Translations under genes and position numbers: made by a program
Notes under the pieces: model-generated
Seen by the model: the letters and a program-made list of their open reading frames with translations, nothing else
Database searches by the model: none
What the model was told of the DNA's origin: nothing
In this document: positions 39,445 through 49,048 of the stretch, piece by piece
Layout of the letters: every line of letters starts with the position of its first letter
Numbering within the stretch: the stretch's first letter is position 1
Assembly (NCBI GenBank): GCA_027078545.1
Contig: JALWXN010000004.1
Location: 160,001 to 224,000, forward strand
Reading direction: 5' to 3'
Length of the DNA stretch: 64,000 bases
Source of the DNA: Nitrososphaeria archaeon
GTDB taxonomy: Archaea; Thermoproteota; Nitrososphaeria; Geothermarchaeales; JDFR-13

Positions 39445-41037
39445 TTACACACCGTGTTCCTTAGATTTTCCAAATAGTTGGAATGGATTTACACCCTCTA
39501 GGATCTCCACTTCTCCGCTATGGGTGATGTATACTCCTCCGGGTCTTAGTAGTCTGGCTGGTTCTCTGTAGGATCCCCACCTCCCAGGCGTGGCTATCCT
39601 CCTCTCCCTGTCTATGTAGGGCTCTTCGATATAGTCTGTTACTAGCCATCCATCCTCACCTATCCCCCTGCCTAGATCCTCGATGGCCGCCTCCCTGGGT
39701 TTTCCACTGGGGCCTAGAAGCCTAATAGTCACGTCGAAGCCTCCTCCCCAGGTCTCCTTCCTTATGGTCATGGATCCCCATCTAGCTGTTAGGACTAGTC
39801 TGGTGACTAGTTCTCTAACCTGGGCTTCACCCTGGTCAGGACTCTCCTCTACTAGGTCTATACCCCTGTATAGGAGGCTGTCGAGTAGGCGGCCTATGTT
39901 GGCCCTGCCTGGCGGCATGTCCCATACCAGGATTATCCTGGTGTCCCGATGTGTATCTATCCATGCTCTAAACTCTTCCAGCACTTGTATGGATATCCGG
40001 CTGGTGTCGAATACCCGGCCCGTCAGGACTAGGTATCTAGGCCTATGCTCACCAGCCATCTTGAGGCCCAGTCTCCATAGGCTGTGCCTCCCACCTATCA
40101 TGAGGTCGTTTAGTATCAAGAGGTCGTCATACGTCTCTAGGATGAGGTCGTATCTCTCCACCCTGTAGTCCCTACTCTCCTCCCCAGCGTAGTGCCTAAT
40201 CAGTTCACGGCTTATCATGAGGTTGTGGAGGGATATGTACCGCCTCTCCCTCCTGAGCCTAGGCCCCGTGGCCAGGCACACATCGCAGTTACAGTGGTAG
40301 AACCCCCTCCTAATGTCTATGGCCTCGCCCAGCCCTCCATACACCGTCATCCTAGTGGCGTCGATAAACCATGAGTATCCAGCCAGCCTTATCCTCTCCG
40401 GATCCAGAGCCATCAGGTCGGGGATGTGCCTAGGCCCGGCCCCACCAAGTACCAACACCTCCTTGAATGGGTATTCGAGGATGAGCTCTAGGAGGTGCTT
40501 CAGATATTCATGGGTGTATCTGATGCCTGCTAGCCCAGCCCTCCTGAGGTAGGGCTCTATATACTGGTTTGTGGATAGGTAGGGAGACGCATGTATAGCC
40601 ACGGTCTCGAAGCCCAGCTCAGCCAGCCTCTCACATGCATATCTCTTATGCTCGGGGTAAGCCCCCTTTACAAGGGGTATTATGTTGAACCTCCCCCTAA
40701 GCCTCTCCACCACCTCTAGAGACTTCAATGTGTTTCGCCAGCTGGCCTCCTCATCGTCTAGATATGTGGGGGTGTCCCAGGCTATTATATAGTCGAAGCC
40801 ATGCTCCGAGGCGAATCCTAGGAAGTCTTGTAGCGTCTCCTCCCTCTCCAGATACTCGTCAGGCATGATGCTTGAGAGTATCAGCTTTATACCGGGGTTG
40901 GCCTCCCTAATAAGACGTATATCCTCCGGGCTTATCACCACCTCGTAGTATGGTAGGACTGCATATCCAAAGTGGTGGGCCGCCTCGGCGAAGATCCTCA
41001 ACGCGTCTCTACCGACTATGGGGATGAAGTGGTCCAT
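39445..41037 (-). CDS. Fusion of degenerate tRNA-guanine transglycosylase (TGT)-fold domain and degenerate metallophosphoesterase-fold domain
   Basis: D.I.AWDTPT, PLVKG, VLG.AGP, CNCDVC...LHNL zinc site; C-terminal LLILNDLMIG, LVLTGRVFD, TPGRW. Confidence 0.72.
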   Translation of the reverse strand: MDHFIPIVGRDALRIFAEAAHHFGYAVLPYYEVVISPEDIRLIREANPGIKLILSSIMPDEYLEREETLQDFLGFASEHGFDYIIAWDTPTYLDDEEASWRNTLKSLEVVERLRGRFNIIPLVKGAYPEHKRYACERLAELGFETVAIHASPYLSTNQYIEPYLRRAGLAGIRYTHEYLKHLLELILEYPFKEVLVLGGAGPRHIPDLMALDPERIRLAGYSWFIDATRMTVYGGLGEAIDIRRGFYHCNCDVCLATGPRLRRERRYISLHNLMISRELIRHYAGEESRDYRVERYDLILETYDDLLILNDLMIGGRHSLWRLGLKMAGEHRPRYLVLTGRVFDTSRISIQVLEEFRAWIDTHRDTRIILVWDMPPGRANIGRLLDSLLYRGIDLVEESPDQGEAQVRELVTRLVLTARWGSMTIRKETWGGGFDVTIRLLGPSGKPREAAIEDLGRGIGEDGWLVTDYIEEPYIDRERRIATPGRWGSYREPARLLRPGGVYITHSGEVEILEGVNPFQLFGKSKEHGV

Positions 41038-41189
41038 TCCACTTAATACTATGGCCTCGTGAGAGATTCATATCCTCGGCGTTTCTGCAACACCCCTAGA
41101 CTGGTGAAACTGTTCATGAATCAGCCTAGTATCCGGGTCTCCACACTATTTATTTCTGGATCTACCCATGTATACCTTGGTGTACCAAT

Positions 41190-41441
41190 GTGCTGGTAAC
41201 GGTGTCTATAAAGGTTAGGAGGGAGGTCGTGGATCTGGCTGATAAGATGGTCCGCCTCGGCCTGGCTAGGAGTAGGTCCCACGCCTTCAACAGGATGATT
41301 GAGAAGGGTCTGGATAAGATTCGGGAGGAGGTGGGCTTCTGGGAGGATACGCTCATTAGGCTTGAGGATCTCTCCAGATCTGGTTATAGGATCAGGCATG
41401 GAGGCCTCTCGAGGCTTTTGGTGGAGGGTAGGAGCAGGTGA
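41190..41441 (+). CDS. vapB: VapB-type antitoxin (ribbon-helix-helix-like)
   Basis: VTVSIKV strand-helix-helix, SRS motif; 4-nt overlap with PIN gene. Confidence 0.8.
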   Translation: MLVTVSIKVRREVVDLADKMVRLGLARSRSHAFNRMIEKGLDKIREEVGFWEDTLIRLEDLSRSGYRIRHGGLSRLLVEGRSR

Positions 41442-41839
41442 TATGTCTAGACACAGATATAATTATCTCCTACCTCGACGAGCTGGATCCTAACCATCAA
41501 ACAGCTGTGGAGCTCCTATCAGGGATACGTGGCAGGAGAGTGGTGAGCTGGTTGACCATAGTCGAGCTATCCAGCGTCTATTCACGGGCGGGTATGGAGT
41601 CTCCAGCAGCGCTGGCCCTATACTCCATCGAGAAGGTAGGAGCCGAGCTGGTCGACCTAGACATGGAGACGGTCATTAGGGAGGCCCTCAAACTATCCAG
41701 CCGGCTACGCCTTAAGACACTCGACCTGCTACACATATCTGCCTCCCTACAGGCCGGGTGTAGGTTCTTCATGACGCTGGACAAGGAGATTAGGAAGGCG
41801 TCTGATGAGATTGGGAAGATGGGGATTAGGATAATATGA
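41438..41839 (+). CDS. vapC: VapC PIN-domain toxin
   Basis: LDTDII, VEL, LKTLDLLHI, MTLD. Confidence 0.9.
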   Translation: MICLDTDIIISYLDELDPNHQTAVELLSGIRGRRVVSWLTIVELSSVYSRAGMESPAALALYSIEKVGAELVDLDMETVIREALKLSSRLRLKTLDLLHISASLQAGCRFFMTLDKEIRKASDEIGKMGIRII

Positions 41840-41951
41840 ACTCGTGTAAGGCTTGCTGACTACTCCTCATGGTTTGGGGGACTGGGTTCTCGGCGCCAGA
41901 ATATGTGGATAAGAGATTTATTAGAGATGTGTGGATTATAGACAGTTGGAT

Positions 41952-42028
41952 GGGCCCGTAGCTCAGCCTGGCGGAGCACCGGGCTCATAACCCGGGGGTC
42001 GTGGGTTCAAATCCCACCGGGCCCACCA
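41952..42028 (+). tRNA. tRNA with CAT anticodon, most likely tRNA-Ile2 (agmatidine-modified)
   Basis: Cloverleaf with CTCATAA loop; acceptor stem GGGCCCG identical to tRNA-Ile(GAT) in this window; no A1-U72. Confidence 0.9.
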
Positions 42029-42073
42029 GGGATATCTACATATCTCCCTTGGCTGTGAATAGTTTTCCTGGCT

Positions 42074-42622
42074 ATGGTTCTCAGGGTGGGGCTCTACACC
42101 AATAATAGGGCTAAGATAGAGGGTGTCTATAGGGTCTTCGAGGAGCTCTATAGGGATGTCGAGCTGGTGACTAGTGGATCCGGGCTAGTCTTAAAGGATC
42201 AGCCCACATCCCTCGAAGAGATTGTGGAGGGAGCTGTTGCTAGGGCTAGGCATATGATACACAACTTCGATGTGGACTATGGCGTGGGTGTGGAGGCCGG
42301 TGTCTCCCCCCTAGGGCTATATGGTGTATACATAGTTCTACAGGTAGCCGCTGTGACGAGGGATGGGATAGGCTTTGGGCTGGGCGGCTCCTCAGCCTAT
42401 TTCATAGACCATAGCCTAGGCTCCAGGATCGTTAGTAGCTCCATGGCGCGTGTACTGGAGAGTATAACTGGTGATCCTAGCATGAGGGAGTCGAAGGGCT
42501 TCATAGGCTACCTGACCCGGGGAAAGGTTGATAGGGCTGTGCTGACATATGAGGCTACCCGGAACGCGCTCCACACCTTTCTAAATGGCCATGTATTCAA
42601 GATGCCTAGTAAGGATCTCTAG
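42074..42622 (+). CDS. Inosine/xanthosine triphosphatase (YjjX/DUF84)
   Basis: TN..K, DQP...E...GA..RA, GVGVEAG, G.IG.LT.G...R. Confidence 0.87.
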   Translation: MVLRVGLYTNNRAKIEGVYRVFEELYRDVELVTSGSGLVLKDQPTSLEEIVEGAVARARHMIHNFDVDYGVGVEAGVSPLGLYGVYIVLQVAAVTRDGIGFGLGGSSAYFIDHSLGSRIVSSSMARVLESITGDPSMRESKGFIGYLTRGKVDRAVLTYEATRNALHTFLNGHVFKMPSKDL

Positions 42623-43366
42623 GAGGGCTGTCTCCACCGCTCCGCCATAGATGAGTAGGGCTGTGGCTATGGATAGGGAGGCCGCCACGTAGATCACATC
42701 CCAGAACCCTATCTTCATGGTGGTGAAGGGGGTGTGTCTAGCCCCCTCCCTGAAGCCCCGTAGCTCGAGGGTCTCGGCCACGCTTATACTCTTCCTTACA
42801 CTTATGATGATGAGTGGTATGAGGATCGCTGTATAGTTCCTTATCCTCGTGGTTATGCCGCCAGTATCTAGTCTATGGCCACGGGATAGCTGTGCCTCCA
42901 CTATCTCTGTCAACACCCTTGCCAATACATGTATGAAGCGGAGTGAGAGTGAGAATGCTAGGGTGATGGTTAGGGGCATACCCATCTTCTCCAGTGTTAT
43001 GGCGAAGTCGTCGGGATTGGTGGTTAGGAAGAACGTGTTTAGGCTCATGACTAGGTTTAGGAGCTTCTGGGTGGGTAGGAGACTCGCCATCGGGTCTCCG
43101 GAGACTAGGTAGTTGGCTAGGAAGACTAGGGTCATGAGTGGAGCCAGGGTCACCAGGTTTTTCACCAGTTTTCTCCCTAGCCGCCCCAGTAGTAGTAGCG
43201 TGGCTAGTAGGAGGGCTGTTATGAGTAGCTGGATCGCTTGGCTGTTAACCAGTATGGTGAGGACCATATAGATGAATGCTACTAGTAGCTTGGCCCTAGG
43301 ATCCAGCCTGTATAGGGCTGCGTCTCGCTCCTCGAATCTGAAGGCCTCTAGCCCGATCCTATACAT
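42581..43366 (-). CDS. ecfT: ECF transporter transmembrane component T
   Basis: LDPRAKL, LRF, AQ.SRG and LE.RGF motifs. Confidence 0.93.
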   Translation of the reverse strand: MYRIGLEAFRFEERDAALYRLDPRAKLLVAFIYMVLTILVNSQAIQLLITALLLATLLLLGRLGRKLVKNLVTLAPLMTLVFLANYLVSGDPMASLLPTQKLLNLVMSLNTFFLTTNPDDFAITLEKMGMPLTITLAFSLSLRFIHVLARVLTEIVEAQLSRGHRLDTGGITTRIRNYTAILIPLIIISVRKSISVAETLELRGFREGARHTPFTTMKIGFWDVIYVAASLSIATALLIYGGAVETALLEILTRHLEYMAI

Positions 43367-44174
43367 TGTCGAGCACCCCCGCCACCTCGGCGAATACTCC
43401 GCAGTATCCGTGATAGTCCCTGATGACGCCGCTGGTCTTCATGTAGCTTGTTGAGCGGGCATATGTAGGCTTGACCAAGCCATACCTTCCCAGCTGGCCG
43501 GGATCTAGGTCTATGAGCTCCTGTGTATAGCCCCTATACACGACTTGGCCGCCGCTGAGTATGACTACCCTCCCCTCCCTCTCTAGAACCAGCTCCATGT
43601 CATGTGTCACTATGACTACGGCCCCTCCTCTTGAGAGGTGTCTATCTATGGCCCATTGGAGCCTCCTCCTATAGTCGCCGTCGAGCCCTATTGTGGGCTC
43701 GTCCAGGACTAGGTATCGGGGGCTCCAGCCAGTCATTATGGCTATGGATAGTATCCTCTTCTCTCCCCCGCTGAGGGTGAAGGGTGATCTGTCCCGGTAT
43801 CTTGATAGGCCGTACTCCCTTAGGATCTCCTCGGCCCGTTGGTCAGGGTTCTCCACGCCGAAGTTCCTGAGTGTCGTGGATATCTCCTCGATTACTGTGG
43901 GCATGTAGAACATCTTCTCGGGGTTTTGGAATACTATGGAGACCTTCTCGGCCAGTCTGGATACTGGTGTCTCCCTTGTGTCTAGGCCGTCCACCAATAC
44001 TCTTCCCCTACTCGGTTTTAGGAGGCCGTTTAGATGTCGTATCAGGGTTGTCTTGCCCGAGCCGTTGTCCCCGAGGATATAGTATATCTCCCCCTCCACT
44101 ATCTCGAGGGAGACGTCTCTAAGGACGTAGTTCCCGCCGTCATAGGTGTACCAGAGGTTCTCCACCCTTATCAA
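43359..44174 (-). CDS. ecfA2: ECF transporter ATPase
   Basis: GDNGSGKTT, FQNP, LSGGEK, LDEPT, THD. Confidence 0.92.
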   Translation of the reverse strand: MIRVENLWYTYDGGNYVLRDVSLEIVEGEIYYILGDNGSGKTTLIRHLNGLLKPSRGRVLVDGLDTRETPVSRLAEKVSIVFQNPEKMFYMPTVIEEISTTLRNFGVENPDQRAEEILREYGLSRYRDRSPFTLSGGEKRILSIAIMTGWSPRYLVLDEPTIGLDGDYRRRLQWAIDRHLSRGGAVVIVTHDMELVLEREGRVVILSGGQVVYRGYTQELIDLDPGQLGRYGLVKPTYARSTSYMKTSGVIRDYHGYCGVFAEVAGVLDNV

Positions 44175-44995
44175 CTGTTTACACCCCTGGTGTTGACCAC
44201 CTGTTTAAGGTCGTGGCTCAGGCGGATGTGTAGGGGTATGTTCAGCCTATGTTCCTCCGAGCCTAGGAGGTTGAGTAGCCTCCCCGGACTACCCGTGTAT
44301 CTGACCACTCCCCTGTCTATGTAGATCACTGTGTCGACGAATCCTATCCAGTAGTCTAGTCTATGGTCTATGACGAGGAGTGTGCTCTGGCCCGGGATAT
44401 AGGTGTCTAGGAGGCTCTGGAGGTTCTTCACCGCCATTGGTGATAGGTATGCCGAGGGCTCGTCGAGTATAAGCATCTTAGGCTCTAGCACCAGCATACT
44501 GGCTATAACCACCTTCTGTAGCTCGCCTCCCGAGAGTGTGTCTGTGGTTCTCCCCCATAGATGTGATATTCCTAGGTTCTCCATCACCCGCCTAGTTATC
44601 CTCTCCATCTCCTCTGTGGTCAGCCCCCTAAACTCTAGGGAGAAGGCTATCTCCCTCTCGACCTTGGTCATCAGGACCTGCTCCTCAGGGTTCTGCCTGA
44701 GATAGCCCACTGTCTCGGCCAGCCTCTGTATAGGTGTCTCTGACACCTTCATCCCGTCCACCACGACCTCGCCGGAGTATTCCCCCTGGTAGAAGTGGGG
44801 TATTAGGCCGGTGATGCACCTGGCCAGAGTGGTCTTACCGGATCCGCTGGCCCCTACAAGTAGGTATCTCCTCCCCCGCTCGAGTCTCAGGTCTATCCCT
44901 CTGAGGGCTTTATCCCTGGCCCCTAGATACTTGAACTCTAGGTTCTCTATGGATACTATCTCCTTCATCACGCCTCTCCTAGCTAAGCCTTTCAA
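44171..44995 (-). CDS. ecfA1: ECF transporter ATPase
   Basis: GASGSGKTT, QNPEEQ, LSGGE, LDEP. Confidence 0.92.
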   Translation of the reverse strand: MKGLARRGVMKEIVSIENLEFKYLGARDKALRGIDLRLERGRRYLLVGASGSGKTTLARCITGLIPHFYQGEYSGEVVVDGMKVSETPIQRLAETVGYLRQNPEEQVLMTKVEREIAFSLEFRGLTTEEMERITRRVMENLGISHLWGRTTDTLSGGELQKVVIASMLVLEPKMLILDEPSAYLSPMAVKNLQSLLDTYIPGQSTLLVIDHRLDYWIGFVDTVIYIDRGVVRYTGSPGRLLNLLGSEEHRLNIPLHIRLSHDLKQVVNTRGVNS

Positions 44996-46001
44996 TTCTA
45001 TAGCCGAGGTCTTTAACCGTTTCCCCCAGGCTTTCGATAATTATCTCCCTCAGCTCCTCCCTATCCATCTTCCCAAATTCGATGTTGTAGATCGTTTCGT
45101 GCCCCCCTCCTGACGCCGTGATCCCCCTCTCCCTCAGTTTCTCGCCCAGCTTCTCCACCAGACGTTTAACCAGTCCGCCCTTCCCGTCGACCGCCCTGAT
45201 ATGGATCTTACCCCTCTTCTTGTATCCATATACTATTGCTACGTCCCCGCCTATGGATAGTAGCTGTCTAGAGACCTTGTTGTGGTGGGAGCTTACATCG
45301 GTCAGGAGTATTATGGTCCCATCCGCCTTCCACCCCTCCAGCCTGAGCATGGCCTTGACTATAGCCATCCTCTCCGAACTGTCCCTCTCCTCCCTGGGTA
45401 GCTTGGCGTAGATGTCCTTGATCGTGTAGCCTGTAAGCTCCATGAGCCTAGCCACCCTATACATCGTCATCGGGGTGGCTAGTTGGAGGAACCTGGTCTC
45501 AACGTATATAGCTGCGAGTGCCATGACTAGGAGGTTGTCATCCATCTCTTCCATTCCGAGGATCTGGTCTACTATGTCTAGGACGATCTCGATTGTGGAG
45601 GACGCGTCTACACCATGTATGAAGCATCGGCCCGGGGGCTTCTCCATGGCTAGGTGATGGTCTATCCAGACGACCCTATCCCTGATCTCATGGATCTTCT
45701 CGGCCAGATCCCCCAGTAGCTTTGGGTTCGAGGTGTCTACCATGATGTAGAGGTCGTAGTCCGGCGATGCTTCAGTGATATACTCTATCCCCACGTCTAG
45801 GTTGTCTAGGAGGCTTAGGGTTATGCCGGAGAGACCCTCCGGCACGTATATATCAACCCTCTCAACCCCCCTCCTTAGGAGGAGTGTTCTAAGTAGTTCT
45901 GCCGATGCCACTGCATCTATATCCGCGTGTCTATGGGTTGTGATTAGGGCTGAACCGGCCTTCTCGAGCAGGCCTGTTAGACAGTCTACCCCCATCACCA
46001 T
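44979..46001 (-). CDS. DHH-family phosphoesterase (exosome-operon aNrnA-like)
   Basis: H..AD.D, VDT, IDHH, GGGH. Confidence 0.9.
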   Translation of the reverse strand: MVMGVDCLTGLLEKAGSALITTHRHADIDAVASAELLRTLLLRRGVERVDIYVPEGLSGITLSLLDNLDVGIEYITEASPDYDLYIMVDTSNPKLLGDLAEKIHEIRDRVVWIDHHLAMEKPPGRCFIHGVDASSTIEIVLDIVDQILGMEEMDDNLLVMALAAIYVETRFLQLATPMTMYRVARLMELTGYTIKDIYAKLPREERDSSERMAIVKAMLRLEGWKADGTIILLTDVSSHHNKVSRQLLSIGGDVAIVYGYKKRGKIHIRAVDGKGGLVKRLVEKLGEKLRERGITASGGGHETIYNIEFGKMDREELREIIIESLGETVKDLGYRIERLS

Positions 46002-46039
46002 CTAAGATGACTGGTGATCCATCGTTATATCTGGCTAGT

Positions 46040-46399
46040 CTATGACACCTGTGCCGGCCCTCCCCCCATCAACTTCCTTATCTCGGCCTCAGCCTTCTTC
46101 ATATCTTCTAGGAGCTTCTTCTCCTGGTCCTCCAGGATCTTTATCCTGGTCTCTAGGAGCTTTATCGACTCTTCAAGCTCCTTAGCCACGTCCTCCTTCT
46201 TGACCTTTATGAATACTCCTCCCACTAGTCTATATACATATTCGTCCTCACTGTTCTTCATGGCCTCGTAGGCGTTCTTGTTCTCTAGGAGTGTTACCTG
46301 TAGCTGCTGTTTCTGTAGGGCTATGCTCTGATAGGTCTTCTGCATATCGTTGAGCTGTTTGAGGAGCTGCTGCACCTTCGGGGGTATCTCTCTGCTCAC
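46040..46399 (-). CDS. pfdB: Prefoldin beta subunit
   Basis: IPP..Q, coiled coils around VYRLVGGVFI. Confidence 0.94.
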   Translation of the reverse strand: MSREIPPKVQQLLKQLNDMQKTYQSIALQKQQLQVTLLENKNAYEAMKNSEDEYVYRLVGGVFIKVKKEDVAKELEESIKLLETRIKILEDQEKKLLEDMKKAEAEIRKLMGGGPAQVS

Positions 46400-46438
46400 C
46401 GCTTCTCACCTCGCCGTGCTGTTTATGTAAGGGTCTCT

Positions 46439-46672
46439 CTATAGATTCTCCTTCTCTGGTAATAAATTCTCAAGCATCGCGACTCCTCGTAGAATGCTGT
46501 TTATTATGCCTCGGAACTCGGTCTGGCTTTTGCTCTCGACCTCGAGGACGACTTCTCCATCGATCCTAACAATCCTTATCAGTGGGTCGTCGACAGCTAT
46601 CGCCGTGGCTATACGTATCTTCTCCTCTCCCCTGCCTAGGAAGATTCTCGCTCTATATCTACACCCCTCCAT
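46439..46672 (-). CDS. KEOPS Pcc1-like protein
   Basis: 77 aa, FRGIINSILR resembling LRA..NS.LR; between brix and pfdB. Confidence 0.75.
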   Translation of the reverse strand: MEGCRYRARIFLGRGEEKIRIATAIAVDDPLIRIVRIDGEVVLEVESKSQTEFRGIINSILRGVAMLENLLPEKENL

Positions 46673-47163
46673 CTCCTCACCCTTATAACTGGGTATAGCT
46701 CCTCCTCCCCATGTCTAAACACTATCCTGTGCTCCTCACCCTCCTCTACGTGTAGTGAGGCCTCTACACCGCTCCTCCTAGGGTCGTGTAGCGGTAGGTC
46801 TAGGTAGGCCTCTAGGAATCTGTAGAGCTCTCCCCCTCCCTCCCCTGATAGTGTGGAGACTATCCTCCTCTCCCTGTTCTTCTGGTCTACTAGGAGCTTC
46901 ACCCCTCCTATGTATGCCTCTCCAAGTATGGAGAGTGTTTTGTAGCCCGGCTCTGTGAATAGGATCTTGCCCGGGTTGCCCTTCCAGGTCTCGATTATGA
47001 TGACCTTTGAATATCCCTTTGTAACCGCGTATTCCCATAGGTCTCGTAGGCTCTTCTTCCCCCTGTTTATCTTCGTCGATGTCGGGATGACCCAGCTGAG
47101 CTCCTTAGCTAGTCTGCTCACCCTCCTAGTCGGGCGTCTGGAGGTCGTTATGAGGATGGCTAT
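46636..47163 (-). CDS. Brix-domain ribosome biogenesis protein (probable ATA start at 47163)
   Basis: ILITTSRRP, NRGKKSL, KGNPG; conserved N-terminal motif lies upstream of the GTG at 47121. Confidence 0.85.
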   Translation of the reverse strand: MAILITTSRRPTRRVSRLAKELSWVIPTSTKINRGKKSLRDLWEYAVTKGYSKVIIIETWKGNPGKILFTEPGYKTLSILGEAYIGGVKLLVDQKNRERRIVSTLSGEGGGELYRFLEAYLDLPLHDPRRSGVEASLHVEEGEEHRIVFRHGEEELYPVIRVRRWRGVDIERESS

Positions 47164-47180
47164 TTTGGAGCCCCTCCGGG

Positions 47181-47414
47181 CTACCTCACCTTATGGGTTA
47201 GGAAGGGCTCGTAGGCGCCTCCGGCGAAGGTGTATCCACACTTCCTACATCTCCATATCCCTACTGATACCCACTCCACCTTCTTGTGCATGCACTGGGG
47301 GCATTCATACTTGGAGAGCTTCTTCAGCATGACTAGGTTCCAACGCTTCCTTAGTGAGGCTCCGTAGCGAGGCCCGAATCTGGCGGCTATATTTGGTATC
47401 TTCTTCTTGGCCAT
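47181..47414 (-). CDS. rpl37ae: Ribosomal protein eL43 (L37ae)
   Basis: RFGPRYG..LR, CP.C, GIW.C.KCG..FAGGAY.P. Confidence 0.97.
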   Translation of the reverse strand: MAKKKIPNIAARFGPRYGASLRKRWNLVMLKKLSKYECPQCMHKKVEWVSVGIWRCRKCGYTFAGGAYEPFLTHKVR

Positions 47415-47458
47415 GGCTTATTACCTCCCTCTACACCCACTATACTCTGGTTATCCCG

Positions 47459-48310
47459 CTAGCCACTTATAATTCCACGTTCCCTCAATATATTCCGTAT
47501 CTCTATGCTCTTCTCATATGCCAGGTCTAGGGCCTTGAAGACGTCTTCATAGGATAGGCTGCCCTTTAGGAGTTGTATGCTGCATATCTCCCCTGTCGAT
47601 AGGTGTGTATATGTTATCAGGGCGTCGGCCACCTCCTCCTCGGAGGCTGTGGGGTCTACGAACATCTTGTCTCCATACATGGCTATGGTGTTTGCTATCG
47701 GGACCTCCTCTATCTGGAAGGGCTTCCTCGGCACCTCCTTGATATTGTTGTTATTAACGTTCTCGAGGTTCTCCCGTATATAGTCTAGATCCGGCATCTC
47801 CGCAGTGGCTAGGGCTGCTACAGCACCGATGACGGCTGCGTCTATGATGTTTCCATCGTCGTTTAGGATGTTGAAGTCGACGAATATCTTTAGGACTGCT
47901 TCTCCAGGGACTATCACGTATTTCTTGAAGTCTATTATCCCGCTCTCCCTGAGGCTTCTATCGACGACCCTACTCATCTCTATCTCGTACTCGTCTGGTG
48001 GGCCTGCCTCGGCCTCGAATGAGGCTGTGGGTAGGATCTCGCCCTCCACGAGGAGTATCGCGCTGTCTGGCGAGTCGGTGAATGGTGTGCCTATCTCGAA
48101 GTTTACGCCGGTAACCACTATCGTGTCTCCTAGATAGACTGTGGCGGAGCCGAAGGCCTTCTCTATGGTGCCCACCTTGATGTCTATGGGTCTGTACTGG
48201 GTGAGCTCCCTACCGTCCTCCCTCATCCCCTTCCCGAGGAAGTTTCTAGCCTGCTCCATCCGTAGGATCTCGGATAGGGTTTTACCCTTATACTCCTTGC
48301 TCATTACCAT
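47459..48310 (-). CDS. rrp42: Exosome subunit Rrp42
   Basis: REDGR, KA.GSA.V.LG.T, GPPDE...E..RVVDR..RES, DGN..DA, DPT..EE. Confidence 0.95.
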   Translation of the reverse strand: MVMSKEYKGKTLSEILRMEQARNFLGKGMREDGRELTQYRPIDIKVGTIEKAFGSATVYLGDTIVVTGVNFEIGTPFTDSPDSAILLVEGEILPTASFEAEAGPPDEYEIEMSRVVDRSLRESGIIDFKKYVIVPGEAVLKIFVDFNILNDDGNIIDAAVIGAVAALATAEMPDLDYIRENLENVNNNNIKEVPRKPFQIEEVPIANTIAMYGDKMFVDPTASEEEVADALITYTHLSTGEICSIQLLKGSLSYEDVFKALDLAYEKSIEIRNILRERGIISG

Positions 48311-49028
48311 CTCCCTCCGATGGTATCTCACTCATCTTCTCGATCAGTCCCTTAAGGGCCCTCTTCTGCTCCTCATACAGCTCCAGGGCTCCTGCCAAGG
48401 CCTTCTCGAAGGCCTCTTTAAACTCCTCATGTGTAAGCTTGCCATCCATCTGTAGGAGTACTACCCTCTTCAGGTTGGGCATGATGGCTATGGGGAGGTC
48501 CGCCTCACCCTCCTTATCCTCCTCCTCCCCCACGTCGACCACTATCTTGCCACTGACCTTACCAGCTGAACATCCCACGACCATGTCTCTAAGGGGTATA
48601 CCCGCCTCGGCCAGTGCCACTGATGCTGCTGTTATGCTGGCTACCCTGGTGCTCCCCTCGGCCTGGAGGACCTCTATGAAGATGTCTATACTCATCTCGG
48701 GGAACTTCTCGAGTATCACCGCCTGTTCGAGGGCGGTTCTTATAACCTTGGATAGCTCTATCTCCCTCCTCGAGGGTTTGGGCGACTTCCTCTCGGTAGT
48801 GCTGTATGGAGCCATGTGGTATCTACAGTTTATTATCGCCCTGTCCTGTAGGGCCTCGAACTTTGGGAAGTGTTCCTTCGGCCCATATACACCTACTACT
48901 ATCCAGTTCTTACCCAGCCTGATCTCGGCCGATCCATCCGCGTTTTTCAGGATACCCGCGTTGATAGAGTATTTCCTAAGTTCATCCGGCTTTCTACCGT
49001 CTACCCTTATGAACTCCTCCTTACTCAT
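48288..49028 (-). CDS. rrp41: Exosome subunit Rrp41
   Basis: R.DGRKPDELR, ADGSA, VYGP.E, YHMAP.S..ERK, SRREIELS. Confidence 0.96.
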   Translation of the reverse strand: MSKEEFIRVDGRKPDELRKYSINAGILKNADGSAEIRLGKNWIVVGVYGPKEHFPKFEALQDRAIINCRYHMAPYSTTERKSPKPSRREIELSKVIRTALEQAVILEKFPEMSIDIFIEVLQAEGSTRVASITAASVALAEAGIPLRDMVVGCSAGKVSGKIVVDVGEEEDKEGEADLPIAIMPNLKRVVLLQMDGKLTHEEFKEAFEKALAGALELYEEQKRALKGLIEKMSEIPSEGDGNEQGV

Positions 49029-49048
49029 ATCCTATAAACACCTCCTCA

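Noticed and set aside
41081-41110. GTTTC...GAAAC inverted motif resembling an ORB or operator
   Set aside because: Single, short, no G-string, no cdc6 nearby.
41952-42028. Call as tRNA-Met
   Set aside because: Acceptor stem matches tRNA-Ile and lacks initiator A1-U72; Ile2 is more likely.
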